Source of the DNA: Naegleria gruberi
Lineage: Eukaryota
NCBI GenBank assembly: GCA_000004985.1
Contig: GG738878.1
Reading direction: 5' to 3' (one strand)
DNA: 64,000 nt
Position 1 is the first letter of the stretch; every line of letters begins with the position of its first letter. Position numbers and translations under genes: made by a program. The notes beneath the pieces were generated by a model. The model ran no database searches, was not told where the DNA came from, and saw only the letters and a program-made list of their open reading frames with translations. Positions 1 to 11,377 of this stretch are shown piece after piece.

Positions 1-235
1 GTTATCTCATGAAGAACACATAAAAGAACAGACAAAAACTCTTCCTCTTAATGATGTATTGTTAAAGTGGACCATTCTTACAAGCATTCCTTATTGTTCT
101 CTATTATTCCTTGGATAATAAATAGCCTCTTTTCATTCCGCCATCCCTACACTCTAAATAGATCACGTCAGTAAATTCAAAATTAAAAAATAGGCTGATG
201 AGCAATTAATACATTCTGATCAACCCACTGAGTAG

Positions 236-1236
236 ATGCCATTCAAACATTATTTTCCAATAGTGTTATCTTTTGATGATACACTTTTTCAAATTGGTGA
301 TCAATTTGAAATTCAATTATACCATGTTTTGTATACAATCAAAATGTTGTGGTATGTCCACACGGCTCTTGTAGCTTATGAACACAAATCCGAAGCTAGA
401 AATTTACGACACCATATTACATTGTTTTTAATTTTCTTCTTTGTTTCATCAGAGGGAGGAGGTGCTATTAATGAATTAATTCTTGGATTCAAAAATTCAT
501 TCATTGGAAATAATTACAAATTTGCAAGTGCATTATCCATTTGGGTTTTGTGTCATGAGGTTTTATTTACAACAGAAAAATTGAAAAAGAAGTTTTGTGC
601 ATATTTTGAAAAGGGTTGGACGAAATATGTATTGGAAATTCCAAATCAATTTCGTTTAGGATTGGGTTTATGCTATGAATGCATTTACTATGACGTTTAT
701 TTGAGGAGGAGAAAGTTTAAGAATTTTCATCACGAGGATTATCATTACAAGTATATGATATTATCGAATCCTATTGAATTTGTTGGACATTTTGTTAGTG
801 TAATTACATTGGTCATGATTTCAATGTCAATAAGGTTAGTTTCGTATTATTTCATTTCAGTAATTTTAATTTCAATAATAGTTGTTTCATTGCTCCATAT
901 TTGGCAGATAAGTTTATCAAAGGTGAAAAGTCTTCCCTCTCCTCAGTTATTTCAAAATTTAGTGCAGACACTTGGTTTTATATCAAATTATGTCTTATTG
1001 CCTCAACAATTCTCATTATTTCACAAGATTTTCTCGTAGTTACCAATACCATCTCATTTGGAGATTTCTCCCTCCCTATTATTTATATTTTCCAAATCAT
1101 TACAATTCTAATCTTTATTCTCTACCCAATAATTATTAATGATCTTGGTTATTTCCGTTCCAAATCTCCAAATCCTCCACAACAACAGCAAATTATCAAA
1201 AAGAAACAAAAAGAAAACATTTTAAAAATGCTCTAG
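236..1236 (+). CDS. Hypothetical multi-pass membrane protein. It consists of two ORF segments (236-1039 and 901-1236) in different frames. A 26-nt GT..AG stretch at 835-860 is too short to be a convincing intron, so the gene model is unresolved.
   Basis: Long ORFs with several hydrophobic helix-like stretches (FLIFFFVSS, ITLVMISMSI, IITILIFILYPIII) and a poly-Q tail. No recognisable catalytic motif. Confidence 0.25.
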
Positions 1237-1267
1237 GTTAAAATAATAAACATCATGTTCAATTACA

Positions 1268-2892
1268 TTGAAAACAACTAAGCCAGTAGGACTAACTCTT
1301 GAAAGTTTACAAAACCTCAAAAAAAAACTTAAAAATAGAAGAGCCATGAGAGGAAGAAGATCCTTCTTTACCAGAGCCTTGTTAGATGATAACAACTCGG
1401 ATAGTAGTAGCAATAGTGATGATTCACCATCAGAAGAACCTAGTAGTAATACAATATTTGATCCGAATAGTGATGAAAAATTATCCTTTACACAGGACGA
1501 TGATCAGGAAATGGTAACAAATACATCTTCTTCTAATGCAACACAATCACTCAGTGCCTTTAATCAAAGCTATTCAAAATTAAAACAATTATCATCACCT
1601 TCGTGTTTTAATATTTTGGATAAATCAGCCTTTGTTAGAGTTGAAAGAGATTTACTAACCGTAAAGTATATCGGAAATGTTCATCAGGAAATTGGAGTAT
1701 GTTATTTAATATTATTTGTTATTGATTTAATTTCATAGACTGTAAGATCAAACATTCCATTCTCTGGTGAAAAATTGATTGACTACTTTGAGATTCAAAT
1801 CAATTCCCTTAACGAAAGAGCATGTTCGGTTGTGATCGGTTTGACCGATGAGAAAGCTGATTTTGTCCCTACTAGATATCCAGGATTTGAATATAATTCA
1901 TTTGGTTTGAATGGAATGGATGGTAAGATATACAAGTAAGTTTTATTATGATAGAGTTCATTCTTACAATTTCTTAAAATAGTAATGGAAAAGGAATCAA
2001 ACAAATTACAACAAGATTCTTGGAAGGGGATGTTATTGGTTGTGGAATTAATTATAATCAGAAAGAAATATTCTTCACAAAGAATGGTACACTTGTAGGT
2101 GCTGGATTTTCAAACGTAATTTCAAATGGAAAGTTTTATCCTACAGTCTCCCTTCATTCAAAAAAAGAGGAGATTAAGGGAATATTCTCTTCATTTACTT
2201 TTAATTTGGAATCGATGAATGCATTGGAAGAAAAAATTATCAATCAAAATCTAGAAAGAGTTGCACTCTTTGACGAGGAAAAATCAGATGGAAATGAGCT
2301 GAACAACCTTATAAGAGATTACTTATTTTATATGGGTTACAGTGAGACTCTAAAAACATTTGAGCAATCTGCTACTTTGGAACAATGTAATAATGAATTT
2401 TGTGAATATAGAAAGAAAATTTGTAAATTAATTGAGCTAGGAAACTCTCAAGCTGCATATACTTTAATTTGTGAGCAAAACCCAAACTGCTTTGAGAAGC
2501 ATGAAGATGTAAAAATAAGAATCCTATGTCAAATTGTAACAGAATTACTTCAACAAAACAAATTGCTTGAGGCTCTTCAATTTTCAAGAGATAATCTGTC
2601 ACAATTTTTGATTCCAAATAACTCTCAGAAAAAGCCACTCAATGAGAAAATTCAATCTCTTATCATGGAAACCCTTGGATTATTTGCTTTTTCAGATCTT
2701 TCTTCTTGCTCATTTTCACATCTTTTGGAACAAGAAAAGAGAAATGAATTAGCTTTTGAAGTGAATCAAATGTTATTGAAAGAATCAGGATATCAGAAGA
2801 AATATTCTTCTATTGAGACCTGTTATAGACAATTAAGTGCTGTAAGAAATACTCTTTTAAATACTGGATCGGGAAAACTCTTCAACTTCTAA
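1268..2892 (+). CDS. RanBPM/RanBP9 (GID/CTLH-complex) like protein with SPRY, LisH and CTLH regions. Three exons: 1268-1696, 1739-1935 and 1983-2892.
   Basis: Introns 1697-1738 (GTATGT..AG) and 1936-1982 (GTAAGT..AG) keep the reading frame. The SPRY-like core spans the exon 2/3 junction (FEIQINSL..CSVVIGLTDEKADF..YNSFGLNGMDGKIY..GDVIGCGINYNQKEIFFTKNG). A LisH motif (ELNNLIRDYLFYMGYSETLKTFEQ) is followed by a CTLH-like helical region. The N-terminus has an S/N/D-rich low-complexity tract. Confidence 0.7.
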
Positions 2893-2918
2893 TAAACTTG
2901 TAAATATATTGTAATTTG

Positions 2919-3410
2919 TTATTTCTTCTTTGGTCGAGTAAATAAAAATTCTGAAATATTGGTAACATCATTTGGAATTATTAACAAATTTCCACTATTT
3001 GAAGAAATACTTCTTATTATTGGAATGTTATCTTTTGTGTAGGGATTATATTCTAGAGAGTGATTTTTCTTTTGTTTCTTTTTCTTTTTTGAATCTCCAC
3101 TCATAGATGCTGATTCTACTCTTTTCAATACCTTTTTAATTGCTTCATCAGCTTTATCTCTCCTTTTTCTTTTCTTTGGTAGATCTGTGCCCTGTCCATT
3201 TTGTTGTTGATTTAATACTGTGTTTCGTTCTTCGATAACTTCATCTTGATTATTTGCATTCCCTTCTTGATTAATAGCTTCTCCATTTTCTTCCTCATCG
3301 TCATCAGTTTCTGATTCCTCCTCCGCTGATAAATCTTCATTATTAATTTTTTCTTCTTCCGATTCCTCGTTAATATTTTCTTCAAAAGTTTCCTCCTCTT
3401 CTTCTGCCAT
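2919..3410 (-). CDS. Hypothetical highly acidic protein with a basic KKRKRR/KKKKKQKK cluster. It is probably nuclear.
   Basis: 163-aa ORF with E/D-rich N-terminal half, then lysine/arginine clusters resembling an NLS. No enzymatic motif. Confidence 0.4.
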   Translation of the reverse strand: MAEEEEETFEENINEESEEEKINNEDLSAEEESETDDDEEENGEAINQEGNANNQDEVIEERNTVLNQQQNGQGTDLPKKRKRRDKADEAIKKVLKRVESASMSGDSKKKKKQKKNHSLEYNPYTKDNIPIIRSISSNSGNLLIIPNDVTNISEFLFTRPKKK

Positions 3411-3809
3411 TTTTTTGTAAAATATTAACTTTTTGTAAAATAGGTTACCTATGATGTTTTAATTATTTAATATGCATGCTCTACTTGCCTGAAATGAAAT
3501 TGGATTGCATCCAAGCTTCATACTATTGACATCCATTGACAAATCCAAAAGCAGATTAGTATTAGCGCCGCTATTGTTGCGCTTAGTAAACTTGAGATGC
3601 AACATGTGACATTCAATTTCTTTTAGGATTTATTAATTTCAATCGTAAACATCGTTCATATTTTGCGTTGAAAGAGTTTCCTATTCGGTGCAAGTGGTAA
3701 TTGGGCCAAAACGTTCTATGGAGAACAAACAAAATTCCACAAGGTACTGCTTATTTTGAATTGTGCATGTAACATCTCTGCATGATGTTGTTTAAACAAC
3801 ATGTTCAAA

Positions 3810-4636
3810 TTATTCCTTGAAGATAGATTCTGGGTTCATCATCATTTCTTTCCAGTCTGAATAATCGTCAGTGAGGATAAACCTAGAGAATGTGTCTCTC
3901 AAATTCATGACAACTTCTTTTCTTAGACGAATCAACAATTCGTTGGCTGTTTCAAGATCAATCACCTTAGAGTTTGCTATCGATTTTATCAATTGTCTAG
4001 AACGACCAGATACATTTACTTGTTGAACACTTTCACCTGAAAAATACTTTCTTTGAAGAGCTTTGCATGACTCTCTTCTCTTCTTTCCATTCATTCTGGT
4101 AATCTTATTTTGTAGTGTTTGTATATCTTGTAAACATTGACAATTTTCAGCACTTTTTGCATGTTAGATGTTCAAATAAAACTATTCGAAACTTACCTAT
4201 ATTCTTTCGTACAAAATTCGTAGAAGAGATTCCAACCAATTTCATCCTTTAAAAGCATCATCAATTCGTTGGCTTCAATGCCAATACTATCATGAGCTAA
4301 ATAGGTTGTATTTGTGGCTGTTGTACTTGTAGTGTTGGTTGTGATATTAGTATGGGTTGTTGATGTTGTTATTGTGGAAAGGGCCGTTGAAACATCCATA
4401 CCATTTTCTCCAGGAGAAGTTACAGAAGATGGACTTCCATTACTTCTCTTTAAACTCTGCACAAGTCTCTTTAATTTTCCTCTCTTTGAAAGAGGTTCCA
4501 ATTCTGGTGAGGATAATGAAACTTTATCATGTTTAGTAGATTTTTTGGATGAAGGTACATAGATACTCGCTGATGATGTTGAATATTGATCAAACGAATG
4601 ACCTCTATGATTGCGATGAACATTGATGTTTCCCAT
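3810..4636 (-). CDS. RGS-domain-like protein, probably N-myristoylated (MGNINV start). Two exons on the minus strand: 4636-4197 and 4095-3810, with the intron at 4096-4196.
   Basis: Exon 1 ends ..LLKDEIGWNLFYEFCTKEY at a GTAAGT donor. Exon 2 begins directly after ..ACCAG and the frame is kept (ag+a gives Arg). The joined protein shows RGS-like motifs (FxxFL-type start, QVNVSGRSRQ resembling the RGS EVNLDxxxRE motif, and C-terminal LRDTFSRFILTDDY resembling DSYxRFLKS). A T/S/N-rich low-complexity tract lies between the N-terminus and the domain. Confidence 0.45.
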
Positions 4637-5366
4637 ATTTCACGCGTTTTCTTGTTGTTGTTGTAATATTCCAAATGAGAATGAGAGAGAAGACGCAAAG
4701 TTGTGTGCTGTTGAAGATAAAAAGTTGCGGCAACGTAAGACTTGTTGTAGTTTTTTTTTTGTTGACTTCTTTTTTAAGCCTATTAACGTGCCAATGTCAT
4801 TTTTTGAGGTGGAACTTGGCTTGCAGACAATTGATTGAAGAAAAGTTATTAATTGGCAATTTTATTAATTCGTGACTTCCTTATTGAAAGGGGCACTGAA
4901 GAACGCACACTCAGTTAATGACCATTATTATTCGATGCAACAAAGTTTTGCTGGAAGAATCTGAATGAAGTATCTGTTGTTAGTGAAATACTATGAAGTG
5001 CCAGATGTTCCTATGTTTTTCAGAGATAAATTATGAAGGGATTATCAGTGATTAGAAGAACATTAAGTTTTTAACGATTCTATTTTCTGTATCGAATAAA
5101 TAGTTGGATAGATGTTGTTTATCCTAATCTCATTTCTTCGAGGCAAAATTGTTGGTTAGGTTGACGTACGTACAAGGATATGGGAACCACTTATTCAAAA
5201 TTGATTGTTCTAATTGGAACGGAATGGGTTTACAAAACAAGAAGAAATATTACAATACAATAGATTGTAATCAGATTTTTAATGACCTGTCAAAATAGTT
5301 GTTAATACAAAAACATGAATTTGTTCATGAAATAAACGTCAAAATAAATAAAGAAACAATGTGTCT

Positions 5367-6473
5367 TTATATCTGAAGCTCAGAGACATCTTGACTGAAC
5401 AGGTTTTGAAGATTGCTGTTGATGATTTCTAGAGATTTGAGATTTTCATTTGTGGTTTCTACATTTTCATTATAGGAAATAATCTCACCAAATTGTAGTT
5501 TTACATTATTCAATACAAATAAACTTTCTTTAGATGTTTCAGTTTGAGATAATTCCTCAACAGTATTGACTTGCTTCAAATTCTCAATGTTTACATATCT
5601 GGAATAATGATATTCAATATGCCAAGTAAAAACACATAAATCTTCATTTTGTAATGTTTCTGAATTTCTTCCTAAAAACTTTTCTAAACGAATATGCTTG
5701 ACAACAACTGTTTGTTGGAATCCTTCAGTATTTACAGTCATTTCAATTCTCCATTTCTTTCCATCATACTATTAGAGTGAGAAAATTTTAAAGTTGAAAG
5801 GTATACCTACATAATCTTGTCCAAATAATTCTCTAGATTTAAATTTCATATAAATAATTGGTTGACTGACACCATCTTGTGTCATACATCTAAATATTTG
5901 AATTACTATTCAAAATGATAATATATTTTGAATAATTATTGCTACACACATACCTGGACTATTCACACCAAAAGTATCTACAACAAAATTAGTAAATGTT
6001 GAATGAATTTCAAAATTGACATCATTTTCCAATTTATCCTCAATTTCTTTAAAGAGATTATTTGAATTTAGTAATAGAATATTAGAGCAAACTCCACATA
6101 GAAATTGAGACATTCTCTTCTTCCTCTCAGAAATGATCTTTTCCACTTCAATTATTGATGATGATAAAACTCCTTCCACTTCTTTATATTCCTCTCCATC
6201 CAAAGTGATCCTATGCAATAGACGAGGAATATCCTTTCCTATTGTTGTTATTTGTTCCAAATCTTCAATCTTACCACAAACAATTTCTTTCAGATTGTTT
6301 ATCATTGTTTCAATACTCATAATTTTAGATGATTGTTGTGTTGTTTGATTAATTGATTCCGATGTTCTATTCATACGTGATGTGTTATTGTAATTATGTC
6401 CCATCAAGGCTTCATCTGTATCTTCTTCCTCACTACCACTGATAGAGGTGAACCAAAACTTGAAGGGTTTCAT
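5367..6473 (-). CDS. Hypothetical conserved-looking protein. Three exons on the minus strand: 6473-5954, 5905-5811 and 5768-5367.
   Basis: Introns 5906-5953 (GTATGT..AG) and 5769-5810 (GTAGGT..AG) restore the frame between the two large ORFs. No recognisable domain. The N-terminus has an S/E-rich acidic patch. Confidence 0.45.
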
Positions 6474-6816
6474 TTTTTTTATTGTTTGTGATTTAACGTT
6501 GAAATGTATCCTGAAAAGATTGTCATGCTACTTCTTGATTTCTCTCTCTACTTGTCAAGTGTAGTATCATAATTGTTAAGTACTATCTTTCTTTGCTATC
6601 AATGAAACCCCTTTTGAATTCAAATCATATGATGTGATAGTAAAAATTAAATCAAATTGGTAACTTTTATATTAAACAAAGAGGAAAAGCAATAGAGCTA
6701 ACATTTACAATATTCAATATTTACAGTTTTTCAAGCTTGAATAAAACTCATTGCTATGAATAAACATTCAATCAATTTGAAAATGTATTTTTGTTTTTTG
6801 TTATTCAAATAAAAAA

Positions 6817-8233
6817 ATGGCTCCACAACGTTCCATGTATGACCTTCAAGGTCCTCCAATTAATAATCCATATATTAAACAGGGAGTTAGTAGTACTACA
6901 ATTGATAATATTTCATCATCGGGAAGTGGTGGCGGAATTAAATCAATTTTTCAAACGCTAACACAATTATCATCAAATCCCGATAAGGCTATTAAAGTTA
7001 TTTCAGCTGTGTTATTAGTAATTGGAGGTGGTTCATTAATTAAAATACTTTTCGGAGGGTCAAAGCCTGTCAAAGTTGTAGAAAAGGAAGTAAATGGATT
7101 TTCAAAGAAGAGTACAGGAAAGATTGTTCCTCAACGATATGCAGGACTAAGAAATGAAGGAGCAACTTGTTAGTAAGTGTTTTTAGAATGTAAATATTTG
7201 AATTGACAATTTAAATAGTTTAAATTCACTTCTTCAAACATTGTTCCACATTCCACTCTTTAGAAAGAGTGTTTTTAAAATGATGGAAGACAAACAAGAA
7301 AGTATTGATTCTATCTCTAAAGCAATTGTTAGAGTTTTTTATAATTTACAAAAAGTACAAGAACCAAACGAAGATGGGAAAACATATTCTGGAAGTGTGT
7401 CGACAAGATGTTTAATTGAAAGTTTTGGTTGGTCAGGAAGTGAAGTTTTTGAACAACATGATATTCAAGAAGTCACAAGAATTCTTTTGGATGATTTACA
7501 AGAGAAAATGAGAGACACTTCAGTTTCGAGTGTAATTCCTAATTTACTGGCAGGTATTGTGGAGAGTGGAATTGAATGTATCAATGTTGAATATAATAGT
7601 TTCAAACAAGATTTAGTTTATGATATACAATTGGATGTTAAAGGTTGTAGAGACATTTATGCCTCCTTTGATAAGTATATCAAACCAGAATTATTAACTG
7701 GTGATAACAAATATCACGCAGAAGGACATGGATTACAAGATGCAAAGAAGTATTCCATGTTTACAGTCTTACCTAAAGTTTTAATGTTACATTTGAAGAG
7801 ATTTGACTATACTCCATTTGGAACATTACAAAAAGTTTCAGATATTCATCAATTCTATGATGAAATTGATTTGACAAAATATGTCAAACAAAAAGCAAAG
7901 AAAAACAAGAAGGAATACAAATATCATTTACATGCTGTTCTCATTCATAAAGGCTCAACTGTGAACAGTGGACACTATGTTGTGGCAGTTAATGTAAGTG
8001 ATGATGTTACTAAGAAAGAGTGGTATTTGTTTGATGACGAAAGAGCAACCAAGATTTCTCCTCTTGATGCTATTGAGGCAAACTTTGGAGGTGCTTATAA
8101 TACTGCCTACATGTTGGCATACGTTAGACATGATGCTGTTCAAGAGGTTTTGAGCCCAATGAACAGAGAGGATATTCCAGATATTCTCAGAAGTACATTC
8201 AAAAATGATGAATCTGGTTGTTCAATAATGTAA
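6817..8233 (+). CDS. Ubiquitin carboxyl-terminal hydrolase (USP/UBP family deubiquitinase). Two exons: 6817-7172 and 7219-8233.
   Basis: Intron 7173-7218 (GTAAGT..AG). Splicing creates the USP Cys-box GLRNEGATCY/LNSLLQTLFHIP, with the Tyr codon split ta|t across the junction. The C-terminal His-box is GHYVVAVNVSDD..WYLFDDERATKISP. Confidence 0.85.
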
Positions 8234-8254
8234 ATAATTTATTATTCGAATTCT

Positions 8255-9460
8255 CTACACTTGGTCTGAATTCTTTGGTTCGTTTGTTGGATAATTTACA
8301 CCATCTGATGTAGATTTTTGTAAATTTGGAAGGAGAAGAGTTTTAGCCCAAATTAACTTTGACTCTTCAGGTACAACAGCACCATAGACTTGTTGAATAT
8401 TGTCCTTAACACCAATATCATAAATATTTCCAACTTTCTTTGTTGTTGCACCTGGTTCCATTAATTTCATCTTATTAAATTGGAATTCAATTGTTGTTTG
8501 ATTGGTCAAAACAAGATAAATATGCCATGAAGTGAAGGTTGTCATGGTTACACCCATAGCACCTGAAAGAACCATTACAAAAGTCAACCAACCATTCCAT
8601 TTAGCATATAAAATTGGATCAGGAGAATATAATCCAAAAACACCAAAAGAAATCATTAAAAAGTTATAAAGAGCAGCAAGAGCTAAAAATCCAATAAAAC
8701 CAACAAAGTGTTTGTGATTATTGAGACCAACACAATTATTCAACCATGGGCAATGGTGATCCATTCTCAAAATACAAACATCACAAATATGACAATGGTG
8801 GGCTCTTGGAGGTTTTGGTTGTTGACATCTGCCACACCACTTACTAAATTTCTTTCCTGGAAGTGATTTAGTATCAGATTTTAAGGATTCAGTATCAGAA
8901 ACTGAATCTAACCATTCTTTTGGAGTGTTTCCAGGGTTTAAGCGGACGCATTGGAAATAGTTAAATGTGATTGATCCTGCTATGTAAATACCAAGAATTA
9001 AATGTAAAGTAAAAGTCCACATTTGAGTATTCATCATTGGAAGTGTAACTGTAAAGTAGAAATAATAATTTAAAGAAAGTAAAACAATTGCAAGAAGAAC
9101 CATCACTAATCCAAAAATTCTCATGCAATATTTGGCAAAGTTAATAAAGAAAAATCCAGCTTTTGATTCATATAAAGCATCCAATGGAGACATGCTAATT
9201 TTCTTATCTTCTAATTTATCAAAAAAGCCTGAACCTGGCTTTTGTGCAATAACTACATTTGATGATGGTGAAGTATTTTGTTGGTCACTGTTTGATTCGG
9301 ATAAGAGTGGTTGTTTTTGTTCCACTTGATCAAATCTCTTATTCAACCTAGAAGATAATCCATACGAATTGGCTGTATAGTCGTCCTCCTCTTCGATGTG
9401 TGGTTCGTTGTTGATGGATTGGATTATAATCCCCTCCTCTGTAGCAGAAGAATTAGACAT
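8255..9460 (-). CDS. DHHC-type zinc-finger protein S-acyl (palmitoyl) transferase.
   Basis: CGRCQQPKPPRAHHCHICDVCILRMDHHCPWLNNCVGLNNHKHF is the canonical DHHC-CRD. It is flanked by four predicted TM helices. Single exon of 401 aa. Confidence 0.9.
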   Translation of the reverse strand: MSNSSATEEGIIIQSINNEPHIEEEDDYTANSYGLSSRLNKRFDQVEQKQPLLSESNSDQQNTSPSSNVVIAQKPGSGFFDKLEDKKISMSPLDALYESKAGFFFINFAKYCMRIFGLVMVLLAIVLLSLNYYFYFTVTLPMMNTQMWTFTLHLILGIYIAGSITFNYFQCVRLNPGNTPKEWLDSVSDTESLKSDTKSLPGKKFSKWCGRCQQPKPPRAHHCHICDVCILRMDHHCPWLNNCVGLNNHKHFVGFIGFLALAALYNFLMISFGVFGLYSPDPILYAKWNGWLTFVMVLSGAMGVTMTTFTSWHIYLVLTNQTTIEFQFNKMKLMEPGATTKKVGNIYDIGVKDNIQQVYGAVVPEESKLIWAKTLLLPNLQKSTSDGVNYPTNEPKNSDQV

Positions 9461-9662
9461 TTTTTTCTGTTGTTTCTATCCAATTTCCATTCTCATAGAT
9501 TCTCGCAAAGGCTGTTACTCATCTAAATACTTCATTGTAAGGGAATTTATTAAATAGTAGTATTCAACAATTATTTGATCAATCGGTTGTGTTGACAGTA
9601 GTATTCTCTTCCTCATCACACCAACAATATTTCATGATCATCACAGAAGAAAGAATTAAAAA

Positions 9663-11312
9663 ATGAGCACATCGAACCAATCAGACTCTGAGAATGAAAA
9701 TAATAATCAGAGCATACAACCATCATCATCAACAGATGTTGCTCAACCTTCCTCCTCATCAGATGCCTCGACAATAGATTATTTTAAACCTGTTGGTGTT
9801 AATGAAGAGGGTAAACCAATGTATGATAGAACAGGCATTACTTTACACGGAATGAAAAAACATGAGAAGGATGGAAAACAACTTTGTGGTTTTGGTGGAA
9901 ATGTTTGTACACAAAGACCAATGAAGACTTTTGATTTTTGTGTAAAACACATTCTTCAAGATCCGACAGCTCCTTTTAAAAGATGTGAATATGTTGCCAA
10001 GGGAAAACATTGTGGAAATCCTGTAAAATTAGATGTTGGAGAAGATATCAGATATTGCAACATTCATAAACAAAAGATGGGCATTACTCCAAAGACAAAG
10101 AAGAAGAAATCGGAAGAGAAAACACCATCCAAGAGAGGAAGAAAAAAGGAAAAGAAGGAAGAAAGTGAAACAACACCAGAAAGTAAAGAAGTTAAAGAAG
10201 AAAAATCAACACCAGATGTTCCTCCACCTTCATCTTCTGTAGAAACAACTACAATACCAACAACAACAACATCATCAACAATAACTAGCACCACAATACC
10301 AACACCTTTAATTTCTACTCTTTCAACTTCTGTTGAGCCAATACTACCATATCCAATCAATTGTGTAAACAATAATAATGAAGATACTGACTCTGATGAT
10401 TATACAGGAGTAAATAAGCCAATCGACACAAGAAAGGAACAAAAACCACCTAAGAAATCTCCTCCACAAAAAAGAAAGAGAAAATTCAATAAGAAACCAC
10501 AACAAACTGTACTTTTTTCAGGATCTGACACAGAATCCGATGTACCAACAGATGATGATGAATGCATGGAGGAAACATACTTGTATCCTCCTTATTCTGC
10601 TCAAGAAAATGGTTCTCAATGTTTAACAGAAATGGAATTTTTGAGGATTAGAAAACATCATATTGAATCTTTGTTAAAATTGTATCGAGGAAGGCATAAG
10701 AAGATGAGGAACGAATTGGAACGAAAGTATACAGAATTTTTAATCCAAAGAGAGATGGCAGCTAATATTATTCTCAATGAACAAACAACTATCAATTCTG
10801 ATATCAAGATACGTCTTAAGAAGGTCAACTATAACAATTATTATAACCCTAAGAATAGAATGAACGATACAGACTCTGTTGTTTTACCTACTGTCAATTT
10901 CCCACCTGAAAATCAACAAGTTTATCATTGTTCCAAAGTTGAAAAGTATCATGAATCTACTAAGGAGCCATTATGTTGTCATCCAAATTGTTTCAGTAAG
11001 AGATTACTTGGAGTAGAGTTTTGTTTACAACATATAATCTATGATGAAAAACAAAGACTTTATGTACCATCAACAGGATCCACACCACTTTATGCTTCAA
11101 GCTCTGATGTAAATACTAAAATACCTAAGGAAGCAACACTTGGTGAAAGAACTGTAGTTGTAATTGAAAATGCAAACAAATTAACTTTACCAAAATGGCA
11201 AATTAATTCAGAACAAGATAAGCATGTTCAAAATCTTCTCAAAAAACTCAAAGGAGAAGATGATCCAATGCAAATTGACAATGTTCCAATTTCTGAAGAT
11301 CTTTCCAAATAA
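9663..11312 (+). CDS. KANSL2/INO80D-like protein with two Cys/His-rich putative DNA-binding domains (PF13891-like), flanked by low-complexity and basic regions.
   Basis: First module CGFGGNVCTQRPMKTFDFCVKHILQDPTAPFKRCEYVAKGKHCGNPV..YCNIHKQ. Second module YHCSKVEKYHESTKEPLCCHPNCFSKRLLGVEFCLQHIIYDE. Between them lie a K/E-rich basic stretch and a poly-T/S tract. Confidence 0.5.
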   Translation: MSTSNQSDSENENNNQSIQPSSSTDVAQPSSSSDASTIDYFKPVGVNEEGKPMYDRTGITLHGMKKHEKDGKQLCGFGGNVCTQRPMKTFDFCVKHILQDPTAPFKRCEYVAKGKHCGNPVKLDVGEDIRYCNIHKQKMGITPKTKKKKSEEKTPSKRGRKKEKKEESETTPESKEVKEEKSTPDVPPPSSSVETTTIPTTTTSSTITSTTIPTPLISTLSTSVEPILPYPINCVNNNNEDTDSDDYTGVNKPIDTRKEQKPPKKSPPQKRKRKFNKKPQQTVLFSGSDTESDVPTDDDECMEETYLYPPYSAQENGSQCLTEMEFLRIRKHHIESLLKLYRGRHKKMRNELERKYTEFLIQREMAANIILNEQTTINSDIKIRLKKVNYNNYYNPKNRMNDTDSVVLPTVNFPPENQQVYHCSKVEKYHESTKEPLCCHPNCFSKRLLGVEFCLQHIIYDEKQRLYVPSTGSTPLYASSSDVNTKIPKEATLGERTVVVIENANKLTLPKWQINSEQDKHVQNLLKKLKGEDDPMQIDNVPISEDLSK

Positions 11313-11377
11313 ACCTTATTAGACCGTTACGGATAGCTGATGGTGGATACGTGTTTTTCAAAAACAACAGAAAAAAA

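Noticed and set aside
835-860. A 26-nt GTTAGT...TTTCAG stretch that would link ORF 236-1039 toward ORF 901-1236 as an intron.
   Set aside because: It is far shorter than any supported intron in the window (42 nt or more) and does not by itself reconcile the two frames. The gene model is left unresolved instead.
3440-3800. GC-richer patch (agcgccgctattgttgcgcttag ...) upstream of the RGS-like gene, considered as a possible snRNA or other ncRNA.
   Set aside because: I compared it by eye with U1, U2, U4, U5 and U6 consensus 5' ends and conserved boxes and found no match. It is left as unannotated intergenic sequence.
4314-4875. Plus-strand ORFs 4314-4562, 4623-4838 and 4675-4875, overlapping or flanking the minus-strand RGS-like gene.
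   Set aside because: They are antisense or shadow ORFs through low-complexity T/S/N-rich coding sequence (translations such as VLVVLVVILVWVVDVV) and a T-rich spacer. They have no motifs and no splice logic.
10033-10372. ORFs 10033-10242 (plus) and 10064-10372 (minus) inside the KANSL2-like gene.
   Set aside because: They are alternative-frame and antisense readings of a K/E-rich and poly-T/S coding tract, and are typical low-complexity artefacts.
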